A stretch of DNA of 64,000 bases, from contig NC_052156.1 in the NCBI RefSeq assembly GCF_902713615.1, positions 151,158,804 to 151,222,803 on the forward strand. The letters run 5' to 3'. The number at the start of each line of letters is the position of its first letter. The stretch's first letter is position 1. The position numbers and the translations under genes are program-made. This DNA is from Scyliorhinus canicula (taxonomy: Eukaryota). The notes under the pieces are model-generated. The model did no database searches and was not told where the DNA came from. It saw only the letters and a list, made by a program, of their open reading frames with translations. Positions 39,081 to 51,456 of the stretch are shown in pieces.

Positions 39081-40397
39081 GTAAGGTAAAAACATTATCA
39101 GCTTCTTCAGTGTATTTTCAGAGTATTTATATGCAAGAGTACAATTTTCTTTTGATACATGGTGGAAGGATTGTGTCACTTGCTATGGGTGAGATAAACC
39201 GATTTTAATGAAAGTCAATCAATGCAAACCCCACACCTCTCCTCTCTTCCCTCACCCCTCCTTCCTCCCACCTCTATTCCCCTTGCCTCTCTTTCCCCCC
39301 CCCCCCCACCTCTTTTGATTGGAAATTATATATGTCAATATGATGAACAGATTGCACAGTCTGAAAACAGACACTGCTGCTAATTTTCACACAAACAAAT
39401 TTCCATTTCCGTCCATTGCTGAAATAGAAACGGAAGCTACATTTCCTGTGGTTTCTACTGCTCTAAGCATCTTGAGCTGAGCAGGTTGCATTTTAGCTTA
39501 TTTGACACCAGGGTCTGGATTTCTTTGTCCAGCCAGAGGTGTGAAAGGTGGGTGGTGGTGATAGCTAATTCCTGTGAGGGACGGCATCTTCATCCTCCTC
39601 AGTGACTGCCTCAGCAGTTGGAGCACAACTGCCATCTACTCCAAACATCTCTGCCACTAACCGGTAAAGGCTACATAGTGCGGCCTGCATCCTATGAATG
39701 GCAGTGCACAGTTGCTGCATGTGTGCTACTGCATATATCTCTCCACGAAGTTGGCCACTCTTCATATGGAAAAACTCATGCACTCCAAGCCTTGAGACAT
39801 GGTGGTGTACAGGAGCTGAATGGACTCCTCCATTCTCAGTCCATGACCTCGGGAAACTCGACATGTGGACGCACACAACCATTGCTGCAGGTTTAAACGG
39901 AGCTTCCTTTTCTTTGGCTTCTGGAAGCCTGCATCTGTGCTCAGTTTTGCAAGGCCATGCCTGTCCTCCATTTTTGCAAGGGTACTGCCCGCAGCTGCCT
40001 CTGCCTCCTCCTGCACACCTGTGACATGTTCATCACAGTGCCACCCTCCCTAAGCATGTGGGAGAACGCACTGAGTTGGCAATACCTGATGGAGATTGCC
40101 ACTATAAGGAGTGATGGTGTTTGCTGTGCTCTGGCAGCACATGGTCCAGTGATGGAACAGGAATCAGTCTTCACAGCTCAATGTCAGAACCTGTGGTAGA
40201 CATGAGACAAGATCATTTCCTAATGCAGCTAAGTTTTCGCATGCTGTCAGTCAAGTAGAGTTTAATGCATTCCAGTTTCTATTCAGCATTACCAACTGAG
40301 TTGCCCATCCTGCCTTCAACACTTGCTTGTGGTCAGTAAATCTGGTGATCGCTATGGTTCGTTCTTTCATACTGGTGGCAATGCGAAGCATGGGTAA

Positions 40398-42106
40398 CTG
40401 TAGAAGACAGGTATTTTAAATACACTTAATATAGGTAAGAAGATTGTTTAAGACAGAAATATTAAATCCCAGTTTTAAAATGAAAGAAATATACAACTTC
40501 CAAACTCAGACATGTGTTTGGGAAAAACAGAACCACTGATAAAAACATCACATTCTTTCAAGGACAGCAGCGAAATCCCATGGGCTGTAAGGTGAGATAA
40601 TTAAAGGCTCCATTGTTCTGATTCAAAAGCCACTTGTGATAACAGCCTGAACCACATTCCATAACGTATGCAAGCCGAAACATTTTAGACTGTGTCAAAA
40701 TACAGTTTCATTTATATTTTCGGAATAATAGCATGATGAGATGACTAACGTCTCAATTGTTGCAGATAAGCAACAATTGGAAGTGGCGTTGCATTGGGAG
40801 GATGGATGGCTTGTTATCAAATCAAATCAAATGTGTTTTGAATATAGCTTAAACCAATTAGGATTATATTGGGGTGTGATCGGATCGCTTAAGACAGATA
40901 TGAAAGAGTATATCCATGGATGATTTGGCCACCATTTTAGACAAGAAGACAGAAAGACAGGAAGACAGAGACAGAGAGAAAGAGACAGGAAAGAGACAAA
41001 GAGAACAAGACAGAGAGAGAGAGAGAAAGTAAAGGAAGAGAATTAGAAAAGAGTTCTGTATTCCTATTTCATTTTCATACTTTGACTTCAGCCTTTGTAT
41101 AAGATACTACACTAGGGAAGGGATTCCCTCAATTATCCATCCTGCCGACTACGCCAAGTGTAGTATCTTTGAATCTGATGAAGTTTTGTTTAATTTACGG
41201 TTGCCGGTTGTTGTTGAGACATTGCTGAAACTCAGTAGAAATTCAAGTTTAAAAACTTGTCAGGTGCAAATAAGAATTGTTTTATTGAAGTTCATTGGTT
41301 ACAACTTGAAAATGATTTAAAAGGTAGTTTGTAGACAATTTGATCTTCTTTAAAGAATCACAGGAATTATCTTCTGAGACAATAGCCTGAACACAACTTT
41401 AAAAGTCAAAGGCTGAAGTCAAAGTATGAAAATGAAATAGGAATACAGAACTCTTTTCTAATTCTCTTCCTTTACTTTCTCTCTCTCTCTCTGTCTTGTT
41501 CTCTTTGTCTCTTTCCTGTCTCTTTCTCTCTGTCTCTGTCTTCCTGTCTTTCTGTCTTCTTGTCTAAAATGGTGGCCAAATCATCCATGGATATACTCTT
41601 TCATATCTGTCTTAAGCGATCCGATCACACCCCAATATAATCCTAATTGGTTTAAGCTATATTCAAAACACATTTGATTTGATTTGATAACAAGCCATCC
41701 ATCCTCCCAATGCAACGCCACTTCCAATTGTTGCTTATCTGCAACAATTGAGACGTTAGTCATCTCATCATGCTATTATTCCGAAAATATAAATGAAACT
41801 GTATTTTGACACAGTCTAAAATGTTTCGGCTTGCATACGTTATGGAATGTGGTTCAGGCTGTTATCACAAGTGGCTTTTGAATCAGAACAATGGAGCCTT
41901 TAATTATCTCACCTTACAGCCCATGGGATTTCGCTGCTGTCCTTGAAAGAATGTGATGTTTTTATCAGTGGTTCTGTTTTTCCCAAACACATGTCTGAGT
42001 TTGGAAGTTGTATATTTCTTTCATTTTAAAACTGGGATTTAATATTTCTGTCTTAAACAGTCTTCTTACCTATATTAAGTGTATTTAAAATACCTGACTT
42101 CTACAG
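40398..42106. repeat. Long inverted repeat: ~700-bp arms (40398-41097 and 41407-42106), 309-bp spacer, flanked by TAA/TAA
   Basis: Arms read as reverse complements by eye, including the (GA)7 tract; only 2 mismatches seen, both near the outer ends. Identical 60-aa ORFs occur at 40741+ and 41581-. Confidence 0.95.
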
Positions 42107-43799
42107 TAACATTGTGAGCCTGGTTTTCCTGCAATGACAAAAGGGGGAAAGATAAAACCTTGCTGGCCTATATCCAATGCCAAACATTAATATTCCTACG
42201 AGACTGCATGTATCGGTGTTGAAAATACCTCAACATCTCTATGATTCTGAGTCATGTTAAAGAGCAGCATGTGCCCTCGGGCTCCTCCAATCCTGAGAGC
42301 CCAGAGTTGCACTCACCTTGGCCGAGTGAATGTGACTGAATCCCTTCCTGCACTGCATCAGTTCCTTCTGACCACACACATCTTTTAATGATCTCCACCA
42401 TCTCATTCTAGGCCTGCTTGGTTTGGGATGGTTGCCTCCTGCTCTCCTCCAGTAGGAAGACCTGTATTCACTCTCTTTTTGCCCCAAGGAAGGCCTCCCG
42501 GTCAGCAAAAACAAAGCAAGGACAGCCCTGCCTCAGGTTCCAGGCTTCTGCCTTTCTTGCTTCATGTGTACTACGGTTCGTAAATTTCAACAACAAAAGC
42601 ACAGTACTGGCAGCTCTGGTGGGTCTAAATCGGACAAGCTCTCCTCAATCCTGCCTCCTTTCTTCCCACTCCTCCACCATCATGGCCAATAGATTGCTGC
42701 ACAACATGAGCTCCAGATCTCCAGCCAATCAACAGGCGCTTGTGAAAATCAAGGCTTGTGGCTGCTCCCCCCCCCTTACTCAGCACCACTCTGCTGGAAG
42801 GCCCAGGACCTGGAAACAGTCTTGTTGCCCGTGTCCCAACCCTGAAAGAAAAATCTGACCTCGGGTGGAATTAAATCATGTGATGTTAAGGATTTGGCTA
42901 TTAAAGAAAAACTAAAACGTCTTTAGAACCAAATAGGATCTGCAATCGTAGATTAAACAGATCAGATGTGCAGATTAACAATAATAGGTAATAATGAAAT
43001 AATTAGTATTACATAGAAAATGGAGATTAAAGATTAAAGCATCATCATCAGAACAGCTTCTAAGTAAACCAGAAAGAAAAAGGTATTAAATAAAACAGCA
43101 AATGGAAATTTGTTATTAAATAAAAAATCCTGGTGCTATATGTCATCTGTCTAGAGGGTGTTAGACTCAAAAAAAGTAGACAAGGATCAAGCGTAGAAGG
43201 TTATGTTCACAAGCTTTCTTGAAGATCTTAAACAGCCGGGAGAGGAGCTTTTGCTTATCCTTCATTTAAGGAGTCAGCCAAACTTAACTCGGCTTGCAAG
43301 CATAGGAACAGATACACTTTTAGCCATTTTGTACCACACCTCTTTACCCCTCCCATTATTCTGTATCCTTGCCTTTTGCCAACAAATATTCTTTAATCAA
43401 GACCCTCAGAGGTTTACATGATGACGTTATTATTCCAAATCTCGGAGTCCCCTGTGACGTTTAGAATTGATAATAGGGCATATCCCTAGACATTTGCTAG
43501 CCTGAGACTCCTTCATCCTATAAAGGAGGAATTTATAGCTGCCAATCCCCCTGTTGCAGGCTGATGCCAGCAGCCTAGATTCTTGAAGAAACAAAGCCTC
43601 AGTTTTCCTTTATTAGCTATCTTGCTATGAGGATCCAGTCGGTTTTACTTCAGGCCTTGGAAGCTACTTTCAAGACAAAAGATAATATGGAACTGCTCAT
43701 GACTCATAGAATATGGTTTATAATACTGGTGTAGAAAGATTGCAATATACTTAAGGTTATACAGAGTGGGTTCTCAATATAAGTGCATTGGTGGGGAGG

Positions 43800-44020
43800 G
43801 GGGGCACAGTGGCGTAGTGGTAAGCACTGCTACCTATGGTGCTGAGGACCTGGGTTCGAGCCCGGTTCCGGCTCACTGTCTGTGTGGAGTTTGCACATTC
43901 TCCCCGTGTCTGTGTGGTTTCACCCCACAACCCAAAGCTGTGCAGGTTAGGTGGATTGGCCACGCTAAATTGCCCCTTAATTGGAACAAAGTATTTGGGT
44001 ACTCTAAATTTATAAAAAAT
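43800..44020 (+). mobile_element. tRNA-derived SINE
   Basis: GGGGCACAGTGGCGTAGTGGTAAGCAC head, GGTTCGAGCCC B box, A-rich tail. Confidence 0.85.
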
Positions 44021-45299
44021 ATATATAAGTCTATAGCCATAATCACAGTTTATAAAGGTTATACAGAGTGAATACACAATATAAGTGTATGGCAATAGTC
44101 ACAGTTTATAATATGATATTCTAAACCAGTCTTCTTATACTTTTAGTTAATACATTGTGTTAAATAATAATGATATAAAGAATTGTATCATTGCTCACGT
44201 ACTGTTACAAAGTCTATGCTAATACAAAGTTACTTATGTTCTATCACTTAAAATAGGCTGGCATATAATGAGCATTTGTGACTCTGTCACCCACACCCCC
44301 ATGCACCTTCACAGTCCTGTCTTAAATCAATGATTATCACAACCAGCATTTGGTTTTAAAGGAAGTCTTTTTAGCTCCAATCTCTTAAGGGGAGAGAGTA
44401 TGTTCCTGCAGGCACAGTGATTTCTGTTATTGAAGGTGGATACTCATACTGTTATCTTGGATTATATTACTGGCCCACCGAACAGGTGTTCATGAAGCAG
44501 AAGTTAAAGTTTCTGTCGAAAAGGCCATGAGTTATCCCTGAAGGCGAATGGGACAAATGATCACAAGGCAAGAAGTATTGTCAGATGATCCTGCATTATG
44601 TCTGGGATTGCACAGGGCAGATAAGGAGCAAAGCTCTCTAAGCGCTGTCTAGTTTTCATGTAGTGTCCAAGATGGCATCTGTTCTGTTCTGACCAGCCCA
44701 AAATGGAGGAAACCTAGATCCCAAATCCTTCAGTCCCCCCCTTCCAACTCCCATTTGCACCATGGGGGTTGGACCCATTAAACCAGAAGTAAAAGCTCCC
44801 GCTGTACTTTATTGATGTCCTCATCCATGATACAATGGTAGTTGCGTCTTTGTTGCACAGAAAAGTGGCTTATAGAGCGCTTATCGCTTCGTGCACTTGG
44901 CTTTGGGTGCACAGGCAATGGCTCGTGCGACCAATTTCAGCTCATGCGCACTGCAAGGAGGAAGAGTAGTGAAGCCCCTGTCAAGGTCAGAAGGACGTGG
45001 CCTGCATACTTAAGGATGGCCCCGAGCTATCCACCCACCCACTGTGTTTATGTCCTGTTTAACCTTCTGCCCAAAGTCTCCAGCAGCATGCAGCAAAACA
45101 ATGGGCGCAGATTTGAGTCCTCCCCAGGGTGGTCAGGAGGCAGACCTCCCGGGCGGGAAATCCCTGTACTGATGTGTAGGGGCCACTCAGTAGGGTACCG
45201 GGGAAGTGGATCATGGCATGGCGGCGCGTCGGGGAATACCCATGATGGTAGCCATTGAACCTCTGTTGTGATGTGTATATGTCACACAAAGGCCCGTGA

Positions 45300-45472
45300 T
45301 GGCCCAGGGTGTACAAGAGCCGCTGGTCATTTGAGCAGATGGTGGACAGTGTGTGCCATGGGAGGCTCTGCGCCAACAAGGAGACGGTGCGGCATCTGTG
45401 CCATGTCCTCACGGACCTAGCACAACATGGAGGAGGAGGATATCTGCTCTCCGTGGCCGTTAAGGTCACTGC
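45300..45472 (+). mobile_element. Harbinger (HARBI1-like) transposase N-terminal remnant, cut by a SINE
   Basis: YKSRWSFEQMVDSVCHGRLCANKETVRHLCHVLTDL..GGGYLLSVAVKVTAV resembles the Harbinger transposase HTH region. Confidence 0.55.
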
Positions 45473-45720
45473 AGTCACGATAGCACAGTGGTTAACACTG
45501 TCGCTTCATAGTATCAGGGTGCCAGGTTCGAATCCTGCTTGGGTCACTGTCTCTGGGAGTCTGCGCGTTACCCTGTGTCTGCGTTGGTTTCCTCCAGGTG
45601 CTCTGGTTTCGTCCCACAGGTCCCTAAAGACGTGTTAGGTGAATTGGACATTCTGAATTCTCCCTCAGTGTATCCGAACAGGTGCCGGAATGTGGAGACT
45701 TGGGGATTTTCACACTAAAA
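45473..45720 (+). mobile_element. tRNA-derived SINE
   Basis: CACGATAGCACAGTGGTTAACAC head, GGTTCGAATCC, tail GGTGCCGGAATGTGG. Confidence 0.8.
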
Positions 45721-46549
45721 TCCCATCAGCCAGAATTTGTCCCATGATGCAAAATCCAGACAGTCCACTGCAACTTCAGTCCTTGGATGGGGAAACTAAA
45801 TTTCAAATCCTTCAATGTCACCCCCGTCCCGCCCACACCCCTCACATAACATGTGTTAAATTTCATTTCATTCAATAATCTTTTGTAAATTGAGGGTGAT
45901 CTCTGAATAATTAGATTGATACCCCTTACTCTCTGGCATGCCCCCTTGCAAATCACCTCATTCAATATCATTCAAAATAACAACATGCATGGACCTAAAA
46001 TATTCTCCAGCTCTCCATTCATCTGCATCCATCTTGTGGATTCTTTTCGTCAAGACCTTAATTATTCCTATCCAAGTGATTTACCCTTTCACATGAATTT
46101 TACTCATTTTTGACAGGCTTTAGTGTGTTTGGTTCGATCCTAATTGTTATAAAGTCAGTTTCTCTAGTTTCTCTATGGAGTATGTGGCAGTGCCCTGATC
46201 ATTTGAAAGGTGTTGTTTGACTCTATTGACCCCATTAACCATTGCATGCCAAGCTGTTTGTCAAGTAGTGTGCATACATGGGACCTGCTCTTCAATGCAT
46301 ACTAGCAAAGAATTTCAAACCCCTGAAAGGGTCTATCTTGAGCTAATTTCTTGCCTATTAGTTACTTCACACGTAACTCATCTGCACACTTACACAGTGA
46401 CCCAAATGTCATGCCGCACATTCTTGAACTCTTTTTTGATCTTATCAAAAGATCTCAAAGTTGTTGCTTATCTCTCCACATATGGTCCAGATGCCTTGTT
46501 TGTTTAAATACAAACGTAGGCAAGGACACAAGCATTATCAAGCAAACTT

Positions 46550-48770
46550 TTATCAATTTACTAGGGATAGGTATATACTGCAAGGCAAGAATTATAGCTG
46601 GGGGAAAGGCAATTATGATGCTATTCGGCAAGATTTAGGATGTATAGGATGGGGAAGGAAACTGCAGGGGATGGGTACAATCGAAATGTGGAGCTTTTTC
46701 AAGGAACAGCTACTGCGTGTCCTTGATAAGTATGTACCTGTCAGGCAGGGAGGAAGTTGTCGAGCAAGGGAACTGTGGTTTACTAAGGAAGTTGAAGCAC
46801 TTGTCAAGAGGAAGAAGAAGGCTTATGTTAGGATGAGACATGAAGGCTCAGTTAGGGCACTTGAGAGTTACAAGTTAGCCAGGAAGGACCTAAAGGGAGA
46901 GTTAAGAAGAGCGAGGAGAGAACACGAAAAGTCGTTGGCGGATAGGATCAAGGAAAACCCTAAGGCTTTCTATAGGTATATCAGGAACAAAAGAATGACT
47001 AGAGTAAGATTAGGGCCAATCAAGGATAGTAGTGGAAAGTTGTGTGTGGAATCAGAGGAGATAGGGGAAGCGTTAAATGGATATTTTTCGTCAGTGTTTA
47101 CACTGGAGAAAGACAATGTTGTCGAGGAGAACACTCGGGTTCAGTCGACCAGGCTAGATGGAATTGAGTTTCAAAAGGAGGAGGTGTTAGCAATTTTGGA
47201 AAATGTCAAAATAGATAAATCCCCTGGGCCAGATGGGATTTATCCTAGGATTCTCTGGGAAGCCAGGGAGGAGATTGCAGAGCCTTTATCCTTGATCTTT
47301 ATGTCGTCTTTGTCGACAGGAATAGTGCCGGAAGACTGGAGGATAGCAAATGTTGTCCCCCTGTTCAAGAAGGGGAGTAGAGACAACCCTGGTAATTATA
47401 GACCTGTGAGCCTTACTTTGGTTGTGGGTAAAATGTTGGAAAAGGTTATAAGAGAGAGGGTTTATAATCATCTTGAAAAGAACAAGTTGATTAGCGATAG
47501 TCAACACGGTTTTGTGAAGGGTAGGTCATGCCTCACAAACCTTATTGAGTTTTTTGAGAAGGTGACCAAACAGGTGGATCAGGGTAAAGCTGTTGATGTG
47601 GTGTATATGGATTTCAGTAAGGCGTTTGATAAGGTTCCCCACGGTAGGCTATTGCAGAAAATAAGGAAGTATGGAATTGAAGGTGATTTAGCGGTTTGGA
47701 TCAGTAATTGGCTAGCTGAAAGAAGACAGAGGGTGGTGGTTGATGGCAAATGTTCATCCTGGAGTTCAGTTACTAGTGGTGTACCGCAAGGATCTGTTTT
47801 GGGGCCACTGCTGTTTGTCATTTTTATAAATGACCTGGAAGAGGGTGTAGAAGGATGGGTTAGTAAATTTGCAGATGACACGAAGGTCGGTGGAGTTGTG
47901 GATAGTGCTGATGGATGTTATAGGATACAGAGGGACATAGATAAGCTGCAGAGCTGGGCTGAGAGGTGGCAGATGGAGTTTAATGCGGAAAAGTGTGAGG
48001 TGGTTCACTTTAGAAGGAGTAACAGGAATGCAGAGTACTGGGCTAATGGCAAGATTCTTGGTAGTGTAGATGAACAGAGAAATCTCGGCATCCAGGTACA
48101 TGAATCCCTGAAAGTTGCCACCCAGGTTAATAGGGCTGTTAAGAAGGCATATGGTGTGCTAGCCTTTATAAGCAGGGGGATTGAGTTTCGGAACCACTAG
48201 GTCATGCTGCAGCTGTACATAACTCTGGTGCGGCCGCACCTGGAGTACTGCGTGCAGTTCTGGTCACCACATTATAGGAAGGATGTGGAAGCTTTGGAAA
48301 GGGTTCAGAGGAGATTTACTAGGATGTTGCCTGGTATGGAGGGAAGGTCTTATGAGGAAAGGCTCAGGGAATTGAGGTTGTTTTCGTTAGAGAGGAGAAG
48401 GCTGAGAGGTGACTTAATAGAGACATATAAGATAGTCAGAGGGTTAGATAGGGTGGACAGTGAGAGTCTTTTTCCTCGGATGGTGATGACCAACACGAGG
48501 GGACATAGCTTTAAATTGAGGGGTGATAGATATAGGACAGATGTCAGAGGCAGTTTCTTTACTCCGAGAGTAGTAGGGGTGTGGAACGCCCTGCCTGCAA
48601 CAGTAGTAGACTCGCCAACTTTAAGGGCATTTAAGTGGTCACTGGATAGACATATGGATGAAAATGGAATAGTGTAGGTCAGATAGGCTTCAGATGGTTT
48701 CACAGGTCGGCGCAACATCGAGGGCCGAAGGGCCCGTACTGCGCTGTAGTGTTCTATGTTCTATGTTCTA
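46550..48770 (+). mobile_element. 5'-truncated CR1 LINE with near-intact RT (one in-frame stop at 48198-48200)
   Basis: ORFs of 579 aa and 157 aa in the same frame: PGPDGIYP, NYRPVSLT, QHGF, DFSKAFDKV, GVPQGSVLGP, FADD; (TTCTATG)n 3' tail. Confidence 0.95.
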
Positions 48771-50399
48771 CTTGCCTCTTATACCAATGCAAGATTGAAA
48801 TATTCCATTGCACCCAAATTCCCAGTTGCTGTTTTAATTTCCTGTCTCTATTGTCTACCCTCAATTACTTAATCTTATCCTAATCACAAGCCCTGGAGAA
48901 TTTTTGTAGTAACAAAATATCTTAATGACATCTTTAAAACAGAACTCAAATATCTCTGTTTGATCCCAGGCAGTAACATTTTGATTGCTTGTTCTTTATC
49001 TTAAATGACATTTTATTTCGAAAGGTAATTGGCCCAAATTCAGACAACAATGTTTTTGGCTTTCAGATTTTCATTAATGTCTAGTTCATCTCTTCTCCAA
49101 AAGATGTTTTGTCCCTATGTCCATGGAAACCACCTAAATTGTATGTTTTTTAAAATCGCTTCAAATGTCCATTTTTTTTCCATCATCGTTCTCATTACCT
49201 GTCAAATTGATGCCACTTTTAATTTCATCCCGCCTTGTTCAACTATCACCCATCCTGTTATTGGCTCTTCATTCACTCCGCCGTAACCTGTCAACAAACA
49301 GGGTCACAATGGCCTCATCTAATCACTCTTCTCCTACCCTAAATACTTCCTCAACTCCCATCTAGCATCGGAGATCATTTTGAAACTTCCCATGTTCAGA
49401 ATCTGCACTAAGGGGTGTTCTATATGGATTTCTATATCCAGCAGCAATTGCTGATTGCCTGTTGGAGCGAAAGACTACAGGTCTCTTATAATCTCTATAT
49501 TGTTGGGTCAGTACAGCAATGTAGTAATTCCCATAATTATGGCCATCTTTGTGGAAGGGAGGCAAGTAAAATCGGGCAACCCTAATGCCGGCTCTGTTGC
49601 TCGGACGTGTTTAGGACTGGTGAATGCAACCTCGCATTCCTTCATCTATTCTTGCTTGTATAACTTCCCACTAGACATCATACATCTTTGTTTCGATCTA
49701 ACCAGAAATACGGGCAGGGACCCATTATATTTATCTCTACTTTGTACCCTTTTCTTTCTCCTTGATCTCAGAACTCTTTCTTTCTTTCTTTCTTTCTTGT
49801 TGTGTCAGCTGTGTCAGGAATCATTTTTATTTGAACCTGACAAGGAGTTTTAACACAGGATCAATCCAAGACAGGATTGGGCGTACTCATTTTAGATTCC
49901 CCAATGTTCAATCAAATCTATTGAATTAAAATGATCTCATTCTTACATGTGTGAATTTGTGTCCGGATTAAAATTTCCACATATTTAGCAAAAATATCCT
50001 GGAATCATGCCTCTGGCCAAAAAAACATGACTCCAGGTTTTGTCAACTGTTTGACTTAAATCGCTTAAACTATGATATCAAACATCACAATTTCAGACAG
50101 AAAACATAAAAACTTGAAACAGACCCACACAGATATCGTTCACACACACGCAGCAAAACATATCAAGTGCTTTAAAACAACAATATAGACTTTCGCCCCC
50201 ACAACCCAAAAATGTGCAGAGTAGGTGGATTGGCCACGCTAAATTGCCCCTTAATTGGAAAAAATAATTGGGTAATCTAAATTTAAAAAAAAAAACAACA
50301 ATATAGAAAAATAGTAAATAGTCTTGTCGGGTAACCTTGCCCTTCACCGTGGATGTTCCCCTGACTGAAAGAAAAATCATGGCCATTTTAACTCCCAGG

Positions 50400-51420
50400 T
50401 CTCGGGGGTTCTACTGGTTTGGTTTGCCCCAGTGTCTCCATCTGCTATCCAATTTTCTCATAACACCAAAATGAGGTGTCAGTTGTCAGAATGATTTGAG
50501 AAGGGCCACCCCATCCAGTCTGGAAAATTATCTTTTATGAGGGTTATTTTAATAGTTCAATTCATGTGCTCATCCATGCCAGAAGGGGGAATATGGATTC
50601 TCTGTTGTGCTCCTAACATTTTTAGAGCCTGTTTCATCGCTTTTCTGGTGAAATGGGAACCCTGATCTGAGTCCATCTAGTAGGGCTCTGCCCATCATGG
50701 GTAACAGCTCTGTGGCCACGATCTTGGCTGTGGAGTCCACCATTTGTTTTCCCGGGTGAGTAAAGCCTCTACCCAGCAGATGAGATGATTGTAATCTGAG
50801 GGAAATTTCCGCACCGTCTACGCCGGTTCGCGTGTGCTGGAGTAAGCCGGGGTGGTCAGGCTATCATTTATGGGATCCCAGTTCGGAAAATCATCCCCAG
50901 TCTCTAAGTAATTCTATAACTTGAGGGTACTACAGACACGAGTCTTCTCTGGTGTTTGGGTCTAATTAGGTGTCCCAGAGAGACAGGATGTCCCTCTTTA
51001 TTTACAACAACCGCTTCCATCTGGCCCATCTAACTACAACGTAAAACAACCCCAAATTTAGATGTACTTTTGTCACTTTGTTTCTCCCATCAATTTACTT
51101 GATCTATGACTAGCTCAGTTTCTTTCCAGCCCTACTTTACCATCACAGCTTGGTACTTTAGATGCTTCTTTTGGGCATTCTTGGATATCACTAAAGCTTG
51201 TTGTCTCAGTAAATTCTCCTGTTCTCATGACCTTTTGAGACATCGTCAAAAAGTGATGATACCTCAATTGTCAGGATTATTCCCTAATACTGTTGTCAGG
51301 TTTCCCGGGGACTGTCTATGTCAATCCTGAATCGGAATACCCAAGTTGCTGTGTTCAATCAATCTACCTGAACCCACTGGGTTCAATTGGCCAACACTCT
51401 CTCCTGTCACCCGCCTCAGG
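50400..51420 (-). mobile_element. ERV/LTR retroelement pol (integrase) remnant
   Basis: Minus strand near 50600-50780 reads CWVEAL..TAKIVATELLP..DSDQGSHFTRKAMKQALKMLG. Confidence 0.65.
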
Positions 51421-51456
51421 GTAGAGTCCCCACCTTCAGTACTTTCATGCTTATAC

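Noticed and set aside
39565-40200. Minus-strand ORFs as a host gene
   Set aside because: Short, frameshifted and without splice context; probably decayed transposon sequence that I cannot assign.
41176-41260. Hammerhead ribozyme in the inverted-repeat spacer (CTGATGA at 41176)
   Set aside because: No stem II closing onto a GAAA could be formed.
40741-41763. Two identical 60-aa ORFs on opposite strands as a duplicated small gene
   Set aside because: A by-product of the inverted repeat; no recognisable motif or splice context.
34881-46420. Recombination signal sequences indicating a rearranging locus
   Set aside because: The V exon already contains the J-like strand and ends in a splice donor. 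The CACAGTG hits I noticed (43805, 44413, ~46394) lack a correctly spaced nonamer or lie in SINEs. Manual scan only.
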